Origin: Chara braunii
Taxonomy: Eukaryota > Plantae > Charophyceae
NCBI GenBank assembly: GCA_003427395.1
Contig: BFEA01000001.1
Span: forward strand, 1,482,716-1,546,715
DNA: 64,000 nucleotides
Direction: 5' to 3'
Under the pieces are notes generated by a model, which saw nothing but the letters and a program-made list of their open reading frames with translations, did no database searches and was not told the origin of the DNA. Below are positions 62,251-64,000 of the stretch, piece after piece. The position numbers and the translations under genes are program-made. The first letter of the stretch is position 1, and the number at the start of each line of letters is the position of its first letter.

Positions 62251-63775
62251 AATCCCTGGCGATAGATGGCGGCGAAGCTGCCGAATCGGTTGCCGATGGT
62301 GGTGAAACCGTGCATGCGATGGATTGTTGCACGTGGAGTGGTTGGTCCAACGGTGGGACCAAGTGGACAGCATAATCCTCGTAAGTGAACCGAGTTGCGA
62401 CATTCGCATCCTTCCCATATGTGTAGGAGGCCGCTAGCAAGGCGGCCGAATCTGGCGGAATGAGAGGTGGAGTTGCGTCACCTCCCGTGCAACTAAGTTT
62501 CCCGAGTTGATGCGAGGCCGAACATCCTCCTTGCCTTGAACGCATTGGGAGGTCTTGTGCTTGGTGCTGTTGCACCAATACCAGCAGCCATACCGGCCTC
62601 GCCACTTGTATTCGGCCTCGGTCAAGTGAAACTTGACCCATGGTGTTGGCTGTCCGTTTCCGGCCGGCGATGCGATTTTCGCCTTCCCTTTTCCTCGGGA
62701 GTTGTTGTTGCTCTGCGGTTGGACAACGGCCACCTGATCTCCCTCACGTGATGCTTGGGTGGCTGCCGGGTCTTCCATAATGTTGTCCGGTTCGACTGCA
62801 GCGACATGCTGCGGATGCGGACCAAATTTTCCTTTCTCCACATAGGTTGGCTGCCACGCTGACTTCTAGTGTGCAGTCGCCCTGTTGGTCTTGATGATCT
62901 CCCTTGCCTTGTCGATGATATCAGCGAAGGTCGTGTATTGCTCGCGACCACCAAGTGCGAGGCTCAAGGCGGCACATGACCGGTTGTAGAACTCCCGACG
63001 CAGATGCGAAAAAGGAACTCGAGATCGGGCGTTGCAGTGATCTTTTGCCATTTTGTGAGCCAGTCGCTTGTCGATGTGTTGCCTTGGGTCATGGCAAAGA
63101 GGCGGTTGATGGCGAGCGTCGGGGCGTCATCCACGATGAACCGCTTCTTCCATAGCCTCGTCAACTCTTCCCAAGAGATCTTCTCATGTAGATCAGCGAC
63201 CTGGACGCCATGAATGGTTGACAGGTGGATGAGCCAGATCTGGCATCCCCCCTTTGAGTTGAGGAACAGCGCGCCGATGTATGAGTGCTCGGGGACGAAA
63301 AGAATTTGAAGTTGCGTCGTATGGCCCTCCCACCAGGGGACCGGGTCTTGATGCGTATAATCATCGAACTTTTTGACGCGGAATGTCAGCATCTTGTAGT
63401 GCTGCGCGCTGGTGTTGCCATCCTTGTTGGGCAGCTGGTGCAGTTGCTGAACCTCGGTCTTCAAGGTGTCCAGCTGCTTGCTGATGGTGGCTGGTGCAGC
63501 GAAGGTGCTAATGTCGTCGAGCATTGCAACTCAACTCGTTCCTCTAATTGGCGGGTAGAGGGTGCACTGCTGGACTCGCCAGCATCTGGTCTTGGTGCAA
63601 CTTGCTCCAAGTCCTGTACATGGGAATCAAGTGCCCGTGTAGCATCCTTGTGCAGATCCTTGTGGTTCTGCACCGCCCGTCGGACGAGTGACGATGAATC
63701 GGAGCAACAATGTCGGTCGCGTAGCCCAGTCACGTCAGAAAATAGAACACGTGGCAGCGGCCACATCAGCCGCAA
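62251..63775 (-). pseudogene. gag: Gypsy-3 gag (frameshifted)
   Basis: KFDDYTHQDPVPWW, SWEELTRLWKKRF, MTQG...DW, and a degenerate knuckle (W)YWCNSTKHKTSQC. Confidence 0.8.
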
Positions 63776-64000
63776 TGCGTGGCAGCTGCCACGTCAGCGT
63801 GCCTTGAAGACAATAGCGAGCTAGCCACCATGCCGAGCTAGCAGTGCGTCGCCGTAATCTCCCAAGTACCAGCACAAAGACAGCGCCCACCAGCGTCGCA
63901 GCGTCGAGCCAGCATTGCGTCGTCAACGCGTGAAGTCGGCATTGACGCAAGACTGAATGAATCTCAAAGTCACGAAGTCAACGCTTATATAGCGTTGACG

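Larger units (their letters stand above)
59641..64000 (-). mobile_element. Gypsy-3: internally deleted Ty3/gypsy element (continues beyond window; left boundary approximate)
   Basis: gag is joined directly to integrase, followed by the PPT and 3' LTR. Confidence 0.85.

Overview
This is a eukaryotic, gene-free nest of degenerate transposable elements. It is most likely from a green plant (streptophyte); the element types and gag/integrase motifs remind me of the charophyte alga Chara, but that is inference. No intact host gene, rRNA, tRNA or CRISPR array is visible. The nesting can be rebuilt from target-site duplications (TSDs). (1) A + strand chromodomain Ty3/gypsy element (Gypsy-1, from before base 1 to ~41660) carries a 201-bp TTAA MITE in its RT. 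Its integrase is split by (2) a 32.7-kb TG...CA insert (6798-39483, TSD CCGT). That insert is a - strand LTR element with a tRNA-Asp-type PBS, gag, no pol, and two very long (~4.1 and ~4.3 kb net), oddly divergent LTRs. Inside it lie (3) a full-length - strand chromovirus (Gypsy-2, 7831-19651, TSD GAGG) whose 3' LTR holds a 5'-truncated L1/Tx1 LINE, (4) a hAT transposon with a decayed transposase (25764-32000) and (5) a non-autonomous hAT (37974-39138). Downstream, a second L1-type LINE (~41661-59600) is split by an 8-kb non-coding insert carrying a ~91-bp satellite and by two non-autonomous hATs. One of these hATs carries a (CA)n-flanked cassette containing a type III hammerhead ribozyme with an intact catalytic core (57282-57338), the most notable find. 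The window ends in an internally deleted - strand Gypsy-3. A Nextera mate-pair adapter at 11782-11817 is an assembly artefact.
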